From the human T2T-CHM13v2.0 reference genome, Homo sapiens, in the NCBI RefSeq assembly GCF_009914755.1, contig NC_060939.1: 64,000 bases of DNA. The stretch is one strand, 5' to 3'. Below the pieces are notes generated by a model that worked only from the letters and a program-made list of their open reading frames with translations, was not told the origin of the DNA and made no database searches. The position numbers and the translations under genes are program-made. This document shows, piece by piece, positions 24,490 through 64,000 of the stretch (position 1 is the stretch's first letter; every line of letters starts with the position of its first letter).

Positions 24490-25290
24490 CAGGGACAAGC
24501 TGAGATAAATTCAGTCTATCCCCCAGGCCCTGCGGGCCCGGTCAGTCACCCCGATGGCCAAGAAGTTAAGGAACTGCTGCTCTTTGCATGTGAGGTGTGC
24601 AATAAGAGGTTTAAGTATTGAGGCAAGCTAGCCATCCACAAGAGATCACACACAGGAAAGAGATTCTTTCAATGTAATCTCTGTGGGAAGCGCTTCAGGC
24701 AGGGCATAGGCCTGCAATTTCACCAGCAAACCCACACTGGGGAGAGGCCCTACACGTGTGACGTCTGCCAGAAGCAGTTCACCCAGAAGTCCTACTTGAA
24801 GTGCCACAAGAGAAGCCACACAGGGGAGAAGCCCTTCAAATGTAAAGACTGCAAGAAAGTTTTCACCTACAAGACGAATCTGAAGGAGGACCAGCGCATC
24901 CACTCCGGAGAGAAATCCTACAAATATGTTCCAAGCGTCCAAGAGCCTTCGGTCGGCCCGCGACCTTAAGACGCCACCAGAAAACACTTCCAGAAACCAC
25001 TTCGCAGTGACTTCGTCATCAGGTCTATGTCTTCTGCACCAAGAAAGTGTGAATGAAGATTTTTCACCGATGTTATCAGATGACGTTTGACACATAATGG
25101 GCGCCTGGCACACAAAGGAGTGCCCTAGATAGGAATTCCCAGGATGTTTGTTTAAATCTTTTTCCTCCCCAGTGAATTTTGGTTTTTGTTTCATTATGTC
25201 TATTGTTATAGGTTTATTTTGGCTTGTGTTGCTGTTCTTTCAATAAACATCTTATTAGTTTTCAATATTTTGTAACAACAACAACAAAAA
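24490..25290 (+). pseudogene. 5'-truncated processed pseudogene of a ZSCAN5-family gene (five C2H2 fingers plus 3' UTR)
   Basis: Translates to [55 protein letters not shown]...[42 protein letters not shown].../[27 protein letters not shown]. Premature TGA at 24619-24621, +2 frameshift near 24925, native stop at 25008-25010. AATAAA at 25242-25247 and decayed A-tail at 25274-25290. 16-bp TSD aggagtagcagggtga at 24474-24489 and 25291-25306. Confidence 0.93.
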
Positions 25291-25439
25291 AGGAGTAGCA
25301 GGGTGAAAACTTGAGCTCAAAAAGTAAGGCAGTGCTCTGGAAGACCACCAACACAAGAAAAACATAAGCTACTTGCTCAACCCACCCAGCAAAGTATCCC
25401 ATTCCTCTACCATAATAATTGGATTCAGGATGTAGCAAA

Positions 25440-26500
25440 CAGTCACAGTGTCACACACTGGTCACATTAGTTAGTAATGTTTAGCAAATAATAAGAAATC
25501 TGACTAATAATGACTCAAGCAAAAAAGACATTTAATTAAATTACATCACGAGATGTCTAGAGATAGGTGGTTTCAGGTTTAGTGTCTCTAACTCAAGGAA
25601 GCTATACAGAAAACAGATTTTCTACCTCTCCACTTCATCATCCTTAGTATACAGCTTCCTTATGGTCATGTGATGGCTGCCGCACTTCAGATATAACATT
25701 GAGAGGTGAGGCCAGCTGGACTTCCTGGGTCGAGTGGGGACTTGGAGAACTTTCCTGTCTTACAAGAGGATTGTAAAATGCACCAATCAGCGCTCTGTAG
25801 CTAGCTAGAGGTTTGTAAAATGCACCAATCAGTGCTCTGTAAAAATGCACCAATTGGCGCTCTGTAGCTAGCCCAAGGTTTGTAAAATGGACCAATCAGC
25901 ACTTTGTAAAATGGACCAATCATCAGGACATGGGTGGGGACAAATAAGGGAATAAAAGCTCCCCTCCACACCCCCCCCCACCCCCCCCCGCCCGGCCAGC
26001 CAGCAGTGGCAACCTGCTTAGGTCCCCTTCCACACTGTGGAAGCTTTGTTCTTTTGCTCTTCACAATAAATCTTGGCTGCTGCTCACTCTTCGGGTCTGT
26101 GCTGCCTTTAAGAGCTGTAACACTTACCGCAAAGGTCTGCTGCTGCATTCTTCAAGTCAGCCAGACCACAAACCCACTGGAAGGAACCAACTCCGGACAC
26201 AACATCATGTCGAAGGAAGAAGGGAAAGATGTGGTGTCACTGAGTTTTCACTCATAAAAGTGTCCCTTTTATGATAAAGTAAAAGTTTTCCCAGAAATTC
26301 CTGAGTAGGCTTCCACTTACATCTCATTGGCCAGAACTTTGTCACACATCAGCCCTGCTGCAAGAGAGGCTGGAAAAAAAACGGAATTGGAATTACAACA
26401 ATTGATTTAGAACAATCATGATTTGTTACCTGAGCTGGCTGAACATGCAATTGCCCAAACTGAATTAACTTTCTGCTCTTTAGGAAGCAAGAAGTGAGCA
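25440..26500 (-). mobile_element. Old MLT1-type MaLR LTR, host of the LTR12
   Basis: cttcctt...ggtcatgtgatggctgcc and cttacatctcattggccagaactttgtcacac...ctgcaagagaggctggaaaa motifs. Confidence 0.65.
25700..26201 (+). mobile_element. Solo LTR12 (ERV9; LTR12F-like)
   Basis: Starts tgagaggtgaggccagctgg and ends aactccggacaca. 4-bp TSD acat at 25696-25699 and 26202-26205. Five CCAAT boxes and an AATAAA-type TATA at 25951. Confidence 0.93.
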
Positions 26501-26705
26501 ATACCTATGACTAGCCCATTGTCAAGGTCTTCTGTGAAAGCTAACAAGGATGCTCAAATACAAAAGACAGTCGCACATCCAGGAATCAAAAAATATTTGA
26601 GGAAAAACACAACCTTAAAACAGAGATACCAAACTCAGGAAACAGAGAAATCAGGGAGACTTTAGATTAATTATATACACTACAATACAGTATATATAGA
26701 TAGAT

Positions 26706-28445
<1,740 letters not shown>

Positions 28446-28449
28446 AAAA

Positions 28450-34730
<6,281 letters not shown>

Positions 34731-34924
34731 TTCTGTTGGAAGTTTTTCTCAAGTTCAAGACAACTGTTTCTCCTAACAAACTTCCTGCTTTGGGGGAGGC
34801 GTCTTTCTACTTTAACAATTTCCCACTGCCTGTGGCCAAAGGTTGTCACTCAGCAACGCAACAAGTCTTGCAGGGCTACGTAAACTGCTGGATTCAATAT
34901 TCAAATGCAAACTTTGGGATGTTA

Positions 34925-35480
34925 TAGTTCTAAGGGAAGAAAAGTGTTTTGTCCTTTACCCTCCTAGATTCTCTGGCTGGGACGCTGCAAACTAGACTGA
35001 CAGAAGACAGATTGACAAGAGAAAAACAAACAAGTTTATTAACTTGTGCACATGATGTGAAAGAAACCTTGGTGATGAGTAACTCACATTGGTGGTTACG
35101 ACTTGGGCTTATACAGCACCTTAGCAAAAAAAACAATGAATTTCTAGAGAAGTCACATGACAAAGGAGATAGGTTTTAGGCTTCCCTGGGCAGCAAACTG
35201 TGGGAAGGTAAATATATGGGGGAAACTAATGGAATAAGGTTTGTGTGTGCAAGTCCATCTCAGCGCCAATTTCCCCTCTTTCTCATGGCCATAAAACTTC
35301 CCTGGGAGAGGGAATTTATGGCAGTCTTCTTTTCTCAGAAGTTTCTGCTTTTAGTCAGATAAGGAAAGCTCCAGGAAGGCTTCTTTCTGCATCTGTTGAT
35401 TCTCATTTACCTCCGGCTCAAAATAATCCTTATGCCAAAGTGGCACATTTTGTGGTGGCATATTTTGCAAGTGTCTCCTA
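34925..35480 (-). mobile_element. ERV1 LTR of the MER31/MER34/MER67 group
   Basis: acagattgacaagagaaaaacaaacaagtttattaac...aataatccttatgccaaagtggcacattttg. Confidence 0.7.
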
Positions 35481-35779
35481 CTGACACACAGCACTTCCTG
35501 CTCTCTATCCAAACCTGTTCTCTAACCTAAGGCTCCTGAGCACTAGCAATGTTGGTACAATAAAAACCGCCCTTTATCTTCCCCTTTCCAGTAACTTGTG
35601 AATAATGCATGAAGCTTGTGGGCAGAGACACATAGACAGCTGATTTATGCTCTTAGATATATAAACACGAAAGGTGAATGCCAGCTGTCAGGAAAAACTT
35701 ATTCAGAACTTCCAACCCAAAATAAATGAGGATTTGAATAGTACAATAAGAATCAGCTAAATCTATTTTTTTTGTTGTT

Positions 35780-35860
35780 GTTCATTCAATAAGTATTCAC
35801 TGAACACCTACTATAGGCCATGCATTGTGCTAGGTGCTGCGGATAGAGCAGTGAAAAAAA
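35780..35860 (-). mobile_element. L2 3' end
   Basis: ttcattcaataagtattcactgaacacctactataggcc...gtgctaggtgctg. Confidence 0.85.
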
Positions 35861-35974
35861 GCAACCATTGTACTGGATATTCTAGCTAATTCATTAATAT
35901 TTTTTAAGTATAAATACTAGAAAAGATGAGATAAAGCTGTCATTATTTGTATCACTCCAAGAGAAACAACTTTA

Positions 35975-39358
<3,384 letters not shown>

Positions 39359-39363
39359 TAACA

Positions 39364-39770
39364 CGACTCGAGCATCCCTAATCTGAAAATAGGAAATCTA
39401 AAATGCTCCAAAATTTGAAACTTTTTAAGGACCAACATGACACTACAAGTGGAAAATTCCACACCTGCCCTCCTGTGTGTCACAATCAAAAACGCAGGCA
39501 CACAACATAGTGTTTATTCAGTGTCCCCATGGAAAAAAATGTCCTCCCAGCCCCCTTCAGCTGTGATATATCTTTTCCCTACATGTCCAGATTCCCCCAC
39601 CCAAGCACAGCCACAAAGGACATAAATGGCAAGTGCACAGGCCAGATGCATTAACAGCAGTTTCCCTGCAATGCCTGACATGGGGCCAGGACCTATGCAC
39701 ATTGCTCATTGTGTTTTTTTGCTTCTTCTCTGCTCTGTGGTATAAATATTTTGTTGAAATATCAAAAAGA
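39364..39770 (+). mobile_element. Tigger4 5' end, inverted relative to the rest of the element
   Basis: gagcatccctaatctgaaaat...aaatgctccaaaatttgaaacttttt...caagtggaaaattccacacctg. Confidence 0.85.
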
Positions 39771-42430
<2,660 letters not shown>

Positions 42431-43480
42431 TTGTGGTTTCCAAATTCTTCCATTTTTTAGCATAAGAAAAAAATGTATAGTGAATATATTTGCAGTGTTG
42501 TTTTAAGGAAAATTGTGTCCTCAGGGTTCTCACAGACTGGTTGAAGATTCTTGTGAATATAGTGATTATATTCAAATATAATCAATATATTCAAACAAAA
42601 CGTTTTAGTGTGCTCAAAACCACATGCAAGAGTATGCTCAATAGATCAATTAAACTGGTTATATTTAATAAATATCTGCAGAGAATATCTAAGGGGTTCT
42701 GACCCTGCCGAAGGAGGATTCCATCTTTTTGCTGACTGAACTAAAAAGCATCTGACCATCCAAATTAGGCTCTTGTGAAAGATGTGTTCTGTTTATTTAT
42801 CAAAATCCTACTTTGTATTCCAAAGGTCCTGCTGATGCAGATCCCCTTTATAATGTGGCCAGTGAAGTTTGTGGCCCTGATACCATCAAAGGACAAATGC
42901 ATCCCGACTGGGGGATGGAAATCTTTCAAAAGTCTTTTGTTGACAGCATCTAATTGTGTTATCCTTTTGCTTTCATAAAGTCCTTTTATAAAGCCTTAAC
43001 TAAAACTCTTGATTAAAACTATAGTTACTTGTTTGTTTTATCCTGAAATAAAACATAATATCATCCCTGATAATACAACCGGTGAGTTCATAATGAAATG
43101 TAATATTATAGCTGTCCTGGGTAGCCTTCTAATGCATATCTCTACTTGGTGCTAGGTGTTTGTAATAATTCCTGATTCTACTGCGGAAACACTTGTGTAG
43201 CTTGATCCAAGTGCTTGAATTTATTTTCAGTTTGAAGGTGATAGAGTTCCAATAACCTACAATTTATACTTGGAAGAGGTTTTTGGCTACTAGTCCTTAC
43301 TTGGCAGACAAGTTTAGTTGCAAACGTGAAAAAAAATCTCCTTTATCTATCTCCTTTATGACATGGTGGAAAACATGGGCTATACTGTACAAGAATCATG
43401 GATGAGTTTGGATCACCCCGTCTCTGGTTCAATGCTGGTTAAATGTGCAAGATTCAAACATAAGAATTCTTGTTAGGCTG

Positions 43481-44128
<648 letters not shown>

Positions 44129-44339
44129 AGAACAGACTATTTTTCAATAAACTCACTGCACATGTGTGAATGCTGGGTTGCAAGAACGGTATTGAGGCTA
44201 CCAAGTAGAAATCCACACAGCCACCTTGGATTTTGTTTATTAGGCATCAGGCTAACAAGTCATTAGGTCATTTGGGAAGGGGAAAAAAAAGTTTAAAATT
44301 GGGGGGGGGGCATCTTTTTAAACAAGAAGTATTTTGCCT

Positions 44340-45900
<1,561 letters not shown>

Positions 45901-46566
45901 GAGAGCTTTGTCGAGGGTAGGAGGGCTGATTCCCAGCAGCTTTGCTAATATTTTTTAAAGGGCAGGGAAGGGAACTTAAATATTCATGAGTAAGTTAACC
46001 CTTCCGACTGAGCGACGTGCAGTAATTTGAAGGAACGCATTACTGGTGCACACTCTTCTACCTGTCCGGAGGGCCTCTCTGCCCCTTCCTCCCACATGCT
46101 CTAAGCTTGGAGGAGGAGTTGCTAAGTGTTAATTGGGTCCTGTTTGGCAGCGGATGGGGTCACTGTGTTGAACATACCTCATGCCCGATGCTCCCTAGGC
46201 TGCCCCGCCCTGTTCGCCCTGTTTGCCCTGTTGGCCCTGTTGTTCCAGCAGCTCCCAGGCTGCCTTGGGGCAAGCCTGGCCTTGCCTCACCTGCCTTCAC
46301 ACTGGGAACTGCTGATCAGCTGCAAGTTCCCTTACCATGGGGCTGGCCAGATTCCCAGGCTTAGCCCAGGCTCGGTGCTCCAATCCAGCTTCTATCCTAT
46401 CCCGGTGTCCGGAGGGGAGGCCGTGTTAGACATGGCCAGGCCTGCAAGCTCAGACTGCCCACGGCCTCCTGACCCAGAAGAAAAATGAAAATGCATATAC
46501 TCATTGTCGCAGCGCGACTGCAACAGGCAATACCCAGTCATCACTTTATAGTAAAAGACACTACAA

Positions 46567-47710
<1,144 letters not shown>

Positions 47711-48230
47711 TGAAGAAACCACTTTCTAACACGCCAGTCTCCCGGCCTCCTGTGCACTAAGTGCAGTCAAATGGAACCAAAATGAGATGGAAGTGTCAGG
47801 AGGGGGCACATTTTGTGCTGGTTCTCAAATCCAGGCCTCTCTGGTGTGAGGCATTTGCTCAGCTAATAATGAAATGAATTGTGCTTTGATCCTCATCTGA
47901 CTGCTGATCCACGTACATGGGCTCCTGTGGGAACCTTTCTGGAGATTGGCAAGGGCAGCCTTCCAAGGTTGCCTGGCTCAGGGCAAAAGCCTCAACACAG
48001 CAGTGGTCCCTTCAAAACCCCACCTCCACCCCACACAGGGCCAACATGAAAAGAGGCTCATCATATAATAAGAAAAAGAAAAAAACAAGAACAACAACAA
48101 AAAACCAGAAAGATGCTCCTCATGTGTTGTTACATGAAAAAGCAAAAGGTAGAACAATGTGTCTAATATAATTAGTGTTTAAAACATACATGAAAATGCA
48201 TTTTTGGTCTAGAAGGATGTGTGCTACATA

Positions 48231-48860
48231 CAGTCAGCCATCCCTCAGAATCCTCGGGGAATTGATTCAGGACCTCCATGGATACCAAAATCCTCATCCT
48301 CAGATATTCAAGTCCCTTATTTGCATATAACCTATGCACAACCTACCGTATACTTTGAATCATCTCTAGATTACTTATATCTCATACAATGTAAATGCTA
48401 TGTAAATAGTTGTTTTACTGTATTTTTACATTTTAAAAATTATATTATTTTTCTTTTTTTCTGAAGTACATATGTATTGTTACAGTTATATATAATATAT
48501 ATATATAACTATATATATGTTTATATAGGTTTTTTTTTTTGAGACAGGGTCTCATTCTATCACCCAGGCTGGAGTGCAGTGGCACAGTCACAGTTCACCG
48601 CAGCCTCAACCTCCCAGACTCAAGTGATCCTCCCACCTCAGCCTCCCAAGTAGATGGGACTACAGGCACACATACCACGCCCGGCTAATTTTTTGTATTT
48701 TTTGTGAAGATGGGTTCCCATTACACTGCCCAGGTTGGTCTCAAACTCCTGGTGTCAAGCGATCCGCCGCTTTTGCCTTGAAAAGTGCTCTTATCTGAAT
48801 ACTTTTGACCCACCGTTGGCTGAAGCCATGGATACAGAATCTGTGGATTTGGAAGATAGA
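48231..48860 (+). mobile_element. MER2 (Tigger-family MITE) split by an Alu (48530-48790 -)
   Basis: ggataccaaaatcc...ttgcatataacctatgcaca...tcatctctagattacttata. Confidence 0.85.
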
Positions 48861-49000
48861 CTCTAGTTCATAGTGGTTAGTTACTTTGGGGCTGGTTTTC
48901 CCAGGGAAAAAAGTATTTCCTCCTTGCTGTACACCCATCAGTATTGTGTGAAGTTTCCATAGAAAGCACATGCAACTTTATTTTTAAAAATAAAGTTTTT

Positions 49001-51305
<2,305 letters not shown>

Positions 51306-51659
51306 AACCACTAGAAAGCATTCAAGTGGGGAGCCTTACCCAGGCCTTGCAGACAGGAGGCCCCGGCTAAGGCCCAGAGCATTCTCTTCATCACGGGGCC
51401 CTTCACGGGGTTCCCTGAGAGGGAGATCACAGCTCTTTGGCAACTTTGTGGCCACCCAGCAGTCAAGGCTTCACCTTCTGAGTTCTTCCACCCTATTTCA
51501 GTCACATGGGCATTTGCCTAACACCCTGAGGACCGCAAACTCTTCAAGGGCCAGTGCTGGGCTGCCACATGCTCATGTTCCTGCTTTATCTATAACTTCC
51601 CCATTGCTTGCCTCTGACCACCTTGAGCCCTTCCAGGCTCCACATCTGGGCATCTTCAA

Positions 51660-51810
51660 ATCAGGCCTGCAGTCCAGGCCCCTGTGCAGACTGAGCAAGT
51701 CACCTCACCCATGTGAGCCTCAGCTGCCACCCCACTTTAGGGAGGTTAGTTACGCAGATCAATCAGATGATGTTTGCCAAGTGCTGGGCACACAGTAGGG
51801 CAGTTAACAG
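51660..51810 (+). mobile_element. MIR
   Basis: tgagcaagtcacctcacc...gagcctcag...aagtgctgggcacacagtagg. Confidence 0.7.
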
Positions 51811-52334
51811 ATGTCTAGGGAGGAGGTGACTATGACTGGCATTCCATCCTGCAAGTATGGCATGTAAAATGTAGCACAGAAATTCAGGATTCTACCCTGC
51901 CCAGGTTCCATGTGCCCACTGCTCTGCCCTCCCACAGTGACAGACCTCTCATAGCAGCAACTGCCCTTGGCCTACAGATCAAAGAATGCCATGGACTGCC
52001 GCATGCTAACCCCAGGACAGCCAAGGAGACTTCTTGGGCAGGAGAGAATGGGATTCTGCAAACACAGAGGGTACCCTGAGACTGGCAGTGAGCCCTCAGC
52101 AGTCCCCCTCCCTACGCACACCCTAGACCCCAGAATATAGGTCCCTGGCTGAGCCTTCGGCGGGCTCTGTTGGGGCCCTGAGTTGTCCGTGGGACACGCA
52201 CTGGTGGTTATCAGTTAATATTAGGGCAATGCTCCTCCCTAAATTACAAATGAGCCCTCAAACTTATAGCTGTGTTCAGCCCAGGAATGGCATTGCTGGT
52301 AAGATCAACAAAGTTTGTCTGGGAGTGAGAGTAC

Positions 52335-52500
52335 TGTTTCTCAAACTGTAATATGTACATGATCATGGAGGATCTTGTAAAAATGCAGATTCTAATTTAG
52401 TAGGTCTGAGTGAAGCCTGAGATTCACATTTATAAGAAGCTCCTGACTGATCCTGCTGCTGCTGCTGCCCCAGGAATCACACTTTGACTGGCAAGCTGCT
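52335..52500. mobile_element. MER5A-like hAT-Charlie MITE
   Basis: tttctcaaactg...cttgtaaaaatgcagattc...agtaggtctgagtgaagcctgaga. Confidence 0.8.
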
Positions 52501-53271
52501 AGACAATGCCCCCATACCTATGAAATCACTGGACTGGAAGGGACTCCAGAGACCACATTTCCTGCTTCCCATTGAGGACAGTAATTCTTCCTGCAGCATT
52601 TCTGATGGTGGGACAGGGCCTGGCATGCACCAGGTGCTAAGTAGATGTTAGCTGGCCTGAAATAAAATTATTTCCAGGAACAGGAAGCTCTTCTGGTACA
52701 GGCAGCTCTCTCATGGTTAGAAAGCTCCTTCTGTTGAGCCAACACAGGCTCTCTTAAAGTGCCACCCACTGGCCTTGGCACACCCCACACCGCTCCATCC
52801 ACCGGGCACTGTGGCAAAGTGCCAAGGTCTAACAAAATGTTTGCAACCTAAAAAACAACCAACAAGAAGACAGAAAAGATTGACTCCGAAAAATAAAAAT
52901 GGCACAATCACAATAAATGTTAACTGTCTGCAAAATGTAACACTTGCCAAATAGGCAATGGCAATGTGACTGTTATGTTGTTAGATATAGATTCTATTTA
53001 ATTGTGGGTACAGATGCATTTTAACATGCTTCGTGTGACCTGGGGTGGGGCCTCCAAAAGTAAATGTGTCTGTGGACCTCAAAGATCTTAAATGTCCCTG
53101 TACCATCTTCCTCAGACTCTTAGAAGTCAGCAGTTGTGACCCCCCCAAGTCATGCCTCTCCCTGAGATAAACCAATTCCACAGGTCTCCGGGCTTGACCC
53201 ACAGTAAAACACACCTCACAAAGAATTCAGAATGCTTCCAGTTTCTTTTCCCATCAAAAATAACACGGGAG

Positions 53272-54633
<1,362 letters not shown>

Positions 54634-54659
54634 TGATGTCAATGTATTATCTTTCAATT

Positions 54660-58880
<4,221 letters not shown>

Positions 58881-58939
58881 GACATTAAAAAAAAACCCCA
58901 GGTGATTCCGAAGTGCCCCAGGTTTGGAAACACAGTTAC

Positions 58940-59430
58940 ATGATGATCCTGGATGACTTCCAAGAAGAAGAGGAGCTTTGAGCTGAGCTGTAAAGGGCAG
59001 AAACGTTTTGGCTGGGAGAAGGGAAGGGGGAAGTTACAAAGGAAGGAATGAGTTCAGTAGCAGCAGCGACATCACAAACATTTAACATACTATAAGTGCC
59101 TATTATATGCCAGGCGTGTGGTTCACATGTGTTCTCTTGTTTAAGCCACACGACGGTAACTCTAGGAGGTGGGCACTACTGGTGCCATTTTATGGAATAG
59201 AAACTGGGTGGCAGTTTGGGGCAGCCAGAGAGGGAGACCAGCCTGCCTATGTAGAGACGATGCAGATTGGAACAGAGAAGGCAAATTACCAAAGGCCTTG
59301 ACACCAGTCAGAAAAGTCCACCTGATACCATGGACATGGGGTCGTTACAGGTTCTTGAGTAAAAGAGTGGTGCGATTTGAGAGGTGTTTTCAGCAAGTGA
59401 ATCTAGCAGCAGTGTGCAGGAAAGTTCTGG
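58940..59430 (-). mobile_element. L2 and MIR fragments
   Basis: gacttccaagaagaagaggagctttgagctgagc; aacatttaacatac...gtgcctattatatgccaggc. Confidence 0.6.
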
Positions 59431-59960
59431 CTGAACCCATGTGCCCTACACCAGAGTGGAAGCCCAATCCTTGCAAAATGGGCAACAAACAGATGTGCAA
59501 GTTGGGAATCAAAGGAAATTCACTCCTGAAGCAGGTGCCCCATTCTCCCTCTCCCCCACCTGACCCCAACACGCCCAGGTCTGTCCTCTGAGTGGCTCAC
59601 ACCCTGAAGAAGCAGGTCTTCTGGTGCCTGCCCTGCTCTGGCTGAGCAAAACCAGGTGGGACAGAGCTGTGTTCTGCAATTTGGAGGCTGGGACTGTAGG
59701 GGCATGGTTGACGTGTCTTGTCCCTGTGAGCGCTCTCTGCTGGAGGATCCCGGCCTGGCAGGAGTCTGCAGGCTCTGGGCACTGGGCCCAGACGGCTTTC
59801 ATTTTTTATTAGTGATGGGGTGTCTTTCAGACTCCTGGAGATATTAATTACAGCCTGTTGTATAACAAGCTATGGTTTCACAGAGGACAGAGCTCACTGT
59901 CTCAAAGGCCTCTGGTCCCTGAGTTATTGGACTTCAACAGGAATTTCTAAAAAAAATTGA

Positions 59961-63253
<3,293 letters not shown>

Positions 63254-63259
63254 CCCACT

Positions 63260-63815
63260 TACTGAGCTGTTAACAACCTGACATTCTCACCACAAGTCTC
63301 AGAAGTCAGTTTTCATTTGCCTACTTTACAGATGGAGCAATAATGGCTCAGAAGGTCTCTCATGGCTTGTTCAAGGTCACACAACTTATAAGTGACAGCC
63401 AGACTTGAACCTAAGTCTACTTGAAGCTAATGCCCATGTTCTTCATGCCATGGTTCCAACTGAGGGGAACCCAAGCTATAACTAGCTTTTGCTCTCTCCA
63501 TTTTAGGATCCTTCCAGTTAAAAAGAAGCTTTAGCATGCTTGTAAGTTAGGCCAGGCTTGGAGCTATCGAATGACAATAATATTGTTATTTTTTCCCATA
63601 TTTTGAGCACTTATGCAGGCATTGTCGCCTCATTTTATCAGTCAGTCCTTGCAAATGCTTTGTGAAGTGGATGCTGCTATCCCCATTTTACAGATGAGAT
63701 ATCTGAGGCCCAGGAGGCTCAGTAACTTGCTACCAGCACCCAGCTTGTGAGTGATGAGTTGAGGATTTAGACCCAGGTCTGGCTGATGCCTATGCCCTTG
63801 TCTTTAACCACTTCT
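63260..63815 (-). mobile_element. Two MIR copies (~63260-63450 and ~63575-63815)
   Basis: ctttacagatggagcaa...ggctcagaagg; ccccattttacagatgag...ctgaggcccag. Confidence 0.85.
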
Positions 63816-64000
63816 CTCCCCACCTTGCCTGCCAGGTTTACTGTTCTTTCAAACATGACATGAATTCTCTGTGCCTCTGGAGATCGGCCAGGAGAGGCAG
63901 GTTTGGTCAATTTGGCCATCGGGAGACTCGGAACACCCTGAATTCGCTGTCACTTTGGTTCTACCTGGGGCTGGCTGCGTTTCCCCACAGGAGAACGGCT

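Noticed and set aside
24646-25194. 182-aa minus-strand ORF
   Set aside because: Antisense shadow of the zinc-finger pseudogene.
25760-25925. Short direct repeats with spacers resembling a CRISPR array
   Set aside because: These are the CCAAT-containing tandem repeats of LTR12 U3 in a primate genome.
25700-26201. LTR12 as promoter of the ZSCAN5 retrocopy
   Set aside because: The LTR lies downstream of the retrocopy and points away from it.

Overview
This is primate genomic DNA, almost certainly human chr15q26.1, and roughly half of it is Alu. The only real gene sequence is the CpG-island promoter and first coding exon of ARPIN (C15orf38, also the first exon of the ARPIN-AP3S2 readthrough) on the minus strand at 761-852. 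The ORF track misses this exon. The other ~63 kb is intergenic sequence upstream of ARPIN, made of Alus, L1/L2/MIR fragments, DNA-transposon fossils (MER3, Zaphod, Tigger2, Tigger4, MER2, MER5), LTRs (LTR12, THE1, MLT1, MER31/34-like) and a fragmented ERVL gag-pro. It also holds a TSD-flanked ZSCAN5-family processed pseudogene at 24490-25290. I found no new protein-coding system: the other long ORFs are Alu, CpG-island, antisense or low-complexity artefacts. The notable signal is structural and comes from target-site duplications (TSDs). There are two Alu-bounded inversions with swapped, inverted TSDs, and three local duplications, two of which preserve the empty pre-insertion site of a retrocopy. 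There is also a 1.7-kb TSD-flanked composite insertion with a paralog 38 kb away, and three polyadenylated micro-retrocopies of 58-85 bp. Repeat family names come from recalled consensus sequences, and boundaries are approximate unless a TSD is quoted.
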